A stretch of DNA of 64,000 nucleotides from Octopus sinensis (taxonomy: Eukaryota). The stretch lies in the NCBI RefSeq assembly GCF_006345805.1, contig NC_043005.1:57722001-57786000 (forward strand), read 5' to 3'. A program made the position numbers and the translations under genes. Shown one piece after another: positions 62,739 through 64,000 of the stretch. The stretch's first letter is position 1. Every line of letters begins with the position of its first letter. Below the pieces are notes generated by a model. That model made no database searches. It was not told where the DNA came from and saw nothing but the letters and a program-made list of their open reading frames with translations.

Positions 62739-63222
62739 CTATCCATATGGTATATTTATATCGACATTTTAAATTTAGCCGCGTGCCTACATAAGTTCAT
62801 TAACTCACTTTTGATTCAAAGAATTATTGTCTTTGATAAGATTACATTTTCTCTAATAAACAAAGTCTGCACTTGAAATTATTTTTGTAAGCTCCATGCC
62901 TGTATGGTGCCGCCCTGTCCAGAATGCTCCATGTCACGTTGAAAGGTGGGGCTTCCTTTTCTTTTAGTTCCCAGACATATTTTGCTAGGCTGGTTTTCTT
63001 CCTATTCTCTGGGTATTTAAATGAATTTTTATGAGAATAAAATCTTGTTTTAAATGAATTTTCTGAAGCCCATGTGTAGTCTTGTATTCCGATGAGCCTT
63101 CCACTTGCACCTTGGCTCTATAAACTACTCCTTTCACTAGACATTTCCCTTCTAACGGACAGGAGCTTTCGTTTTTGAAATTACATTTTTAATGGGCTCG
63201 GCACCATGTCTAATCTCAATTA
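62739..63222 (-). pseudogene. GIY-YIG endonuclease C-terminal ORF remnant (not in the ORF track)
   Basis: Hand translation gives SCPLEGKCLVKGVVYRAKV...Y.G...SFKTRFYSHKNSFK...TSLAKYVWELK...VTWSILDRAAPY...CRLCLLEK...LNQRSELMNLCRH...*, with several 1-bp frameshifts. Confidence 0.88.
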
Positions 63223-64000
63223 TATCTTATTCAAAGACAATAACTCTTTGAATCAAAGAAGTGAGTTAATGAACTTATGTAGGCACGCGGCTAAATTTAA
63301 AATGTCGAATATAAATATACCATATGGATAGAGTATATATTTTGTATTTTTGATTTTGATTTTGATTTTGACTCTTGAGCGCTACGATGAATTTGATTCT
63401 GTTTCCAAGCTACGTGGATCTTACCGTATAGCAAAGTCTTATGTTTCTACATATATTTGGAAAAACCTACAAACTTTGTTTTCATGTTATTGTATTGCAT
63501 AGGATTACTTGATTATTTATATTACCTTGATTATTTATAAATGACCCAAAATAGGATGTTATATTTTATTTTATGTCTTTCGTGTATATTTTTATTAATG
63601 CACCCATTTTTAAAAGCAATGTTTTTTTAAAAAAAGCAATGTTGTCAAAATTAGAATGTTTATATAAGTATGTATAGCAAAGCATATGTATTAAGCATTC
63701 GTATCTGTGTATGTGTAAGTGAAAGTATGTTTGTGCTTAAGCACACATATACACGACGGTATGTATATGTATCCATTCAAACTTGTGTATGTATATTGGC
63801 CTCTATAGATGCCAATAACATCGTTACACTGCTTATTTCGTTTTTTTCCCCACCCCCTCCTTCGTTTCTTTTTTCTCTCTCTCCCTTCTTCTTTCGTTCC
63901 CCCTCCTGCCCAGTATATGAGAATTGCTACATAGATGAATTTTAGCTTGCGTGCGAGACGGTTTGCGTGAATATATGTACACATGCTTTTATGTGTATAT
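63223..64000 (+). mobile_element. Inverted arm of PLE family 2 (continues past the window end)
   Basis: Reverse complement of 62065-62843, differing mostly by single-base indels. Confidence 0.9.

Larger units (their letters stand above)
61545..63222 (-). mobile_element. Penelope-like element family 2, 5'-truncated minus arm (endonuclease, tail, pLTR)
   Basis: GIY-YIG remnant, HHR near the 3' end, terminates in (TA)n inside a SINE family B. Confidence 0.88.

Overview
AT-rich, microsatellite-dense eukaryotic DNA made almost entirely of transposable elements. The SINE families and repeat landscape look like an octopus/coleoid cephalopod genome (recognition from memory, not a database hit). I found no convincing host gene exon. 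The dominant feature is an ~11.5 kb head-to-head insertion (4367-15821) of a Penelope-like retroelement (PLE; RT plus C-terminal GIY-YIG endonuclease, motifs resembling the Hydra clade). It has two full-length ORF copies, partial-tandem pseudo-LTRs and four copies of a type I hammerhead ribozyme (HHR) with an unusually long (60-nt) stem II, and both ends run into (TA)n. A second, divergent PLE family with the same inverted architecture and its own minimal HHR starts at 61545 and runs off the window. A third HHR-bearing pLTR-like fragment lies at ~49200-49425. A tandem tRNA-headed, SINE-like element carrying a minimal HHR lies at 53107-53660. The rest comprises decayed R4/Dong-like, HERO-like and RTE LINEs, Chapaev3-like and Tc1-like transposase relics, hAT/Tc2-like/foldback MITEs, Helitron ends, many copies of two tRNA-derived SINE families, and microsatellites. 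Coordinates were read by eye and may be off by a few bases. All RNA folds were paired by hand, and no searches were run.
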